Notes under the pieces: model-generated
What the model was told of the DNA's origin: nothing
The model's input: the letters and a program-made list of their open reading frames with translations, nothing else
Databases searched by the model: none
Program-made: the position numbers and the translations under genes
Part shown: piece by piece, positions 59,249-64,000 of the stretch
Layout: each line of letters begins with the position of its first letter
Position numbering within the stretch: position 1 is the stretch's first letter
From: the human T2T-CHM13v2.0 reference genome, Homo sapiens
NCBI RefSeq assembly: GCF_009914755.1
Contig: NC_060930.1
DNA length: 64,000 nt
Strand: one strand, 5' to 3'

Positions 59249-59524
59249 GCCAGGCACGGTGGGTCATGCCTGTAATCCCAGCACTTTGGGAGGGTGAGGC
59301 AGGTAGATCGCCTGAGGTCAGGAGTTCGAGATCATCCTGGCCAAACCCCGCCTCCACTAAAAATACAAAAATTAGCCAGGAGTGGTGGCGAGTGCCTGTA
59401 ATCCCAGCTACTTGGGAGGCTGAGGCAGTAGAATCGCTTGAACCCAGGAGGCAGAGGTTGCAGTGAGCCGAGATTGAGCACTGCATTCCAGCCTGGGCGA
59501 CAAAGCGAGACTCCATCTCGGAAA
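59249..59524 (+). mobile_element. AluSx-like
   Basis: 15-bp target-site duplication AAAAGTAATTACTGA at 59234-59248 and 59525-59539. Confidence 0.93.
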
Positions 59525-59729
59525 AAAAGTAATTACTGAATTAGATGTTCTCCATTTCTTCTACAACATTCTGATCAATGTTAATGACTGATGAACACCT
59601 ACAACTAGTAGACTATTCTCTAATACAAATCCATAACTCTATTCCCACTGACTTTCAACTACCAATGGCAGAAAAAAGACTTCTACTAGTTTCAGTTTCA
59701 AGAATTAGTTGTGCAATTAAAAAAAATTA

Positions 59730-60005
<276 letters not shown>

Positions 60006-60269
60006 TTACATATAACCTAATCTTTAAGATCTGTGATGATCTCACTGTGTTCAAAGGAACTTCAGGGGGAAAGAAAGAAAAAGCCAGACAACAGCAAACC
60101 ATAGTGTGAAAGTAAAATACTACATTTGCTAATACATTACAAATAAGGTGAAAAATCCTTGTTTATATTTTTCCTAATAAGTAGGAGAAACACAAAAAGA
60201 AAAAAAAGAGAGTCAAAGTCAGAAAAGTAACTTTATCCAGGTATTTTCTAAGTAGAATATATATGACAA

Positions 60270-64000
<3,731 letters not shown>

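Overview
Human (primate) genomic DNA, AT-rich and dense in repeats, lying entirely inside the AHI1 (Jouberin) gene on the minus strand. I located 14 consecutive GT-AG coding exons between 59950 and 7195. They total 2057 nt and splice in frame to roughly residues 311-996 of Jouberin (numbering from my recall of the protein): the C2-like region, the WD40 propeller and the linker before the SH3 domain. The last is a 27-nt micro-exon that the ORF track misses. The rest is intronic Alu, L1, L2, MIR, LTR and DNA-transposon sequence. The most interesting unexplained structures are: (1) a ~250-bp-arm, ~90% identical inverted repeat (8268-9371) that I cannot assign to a known repeat, which would fold in the pre-mRNA just upstream of the micro-exon and bury a cryptic poison exon; (2) a pre-miRNA-sized fold-back at 25988-26084; (3) a perfect unused CAG|GTAAGT donor with candidate acceptors at 33799; (4) Alu-bracketed, stop-free, in-frame exon blocks that could form endless-ORF circRNAs; (5) a young L1 truncated at the position homologous to its insertion site in an older L1. 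Repeat subfamily names come from recalled consensus sequences, not from a search.
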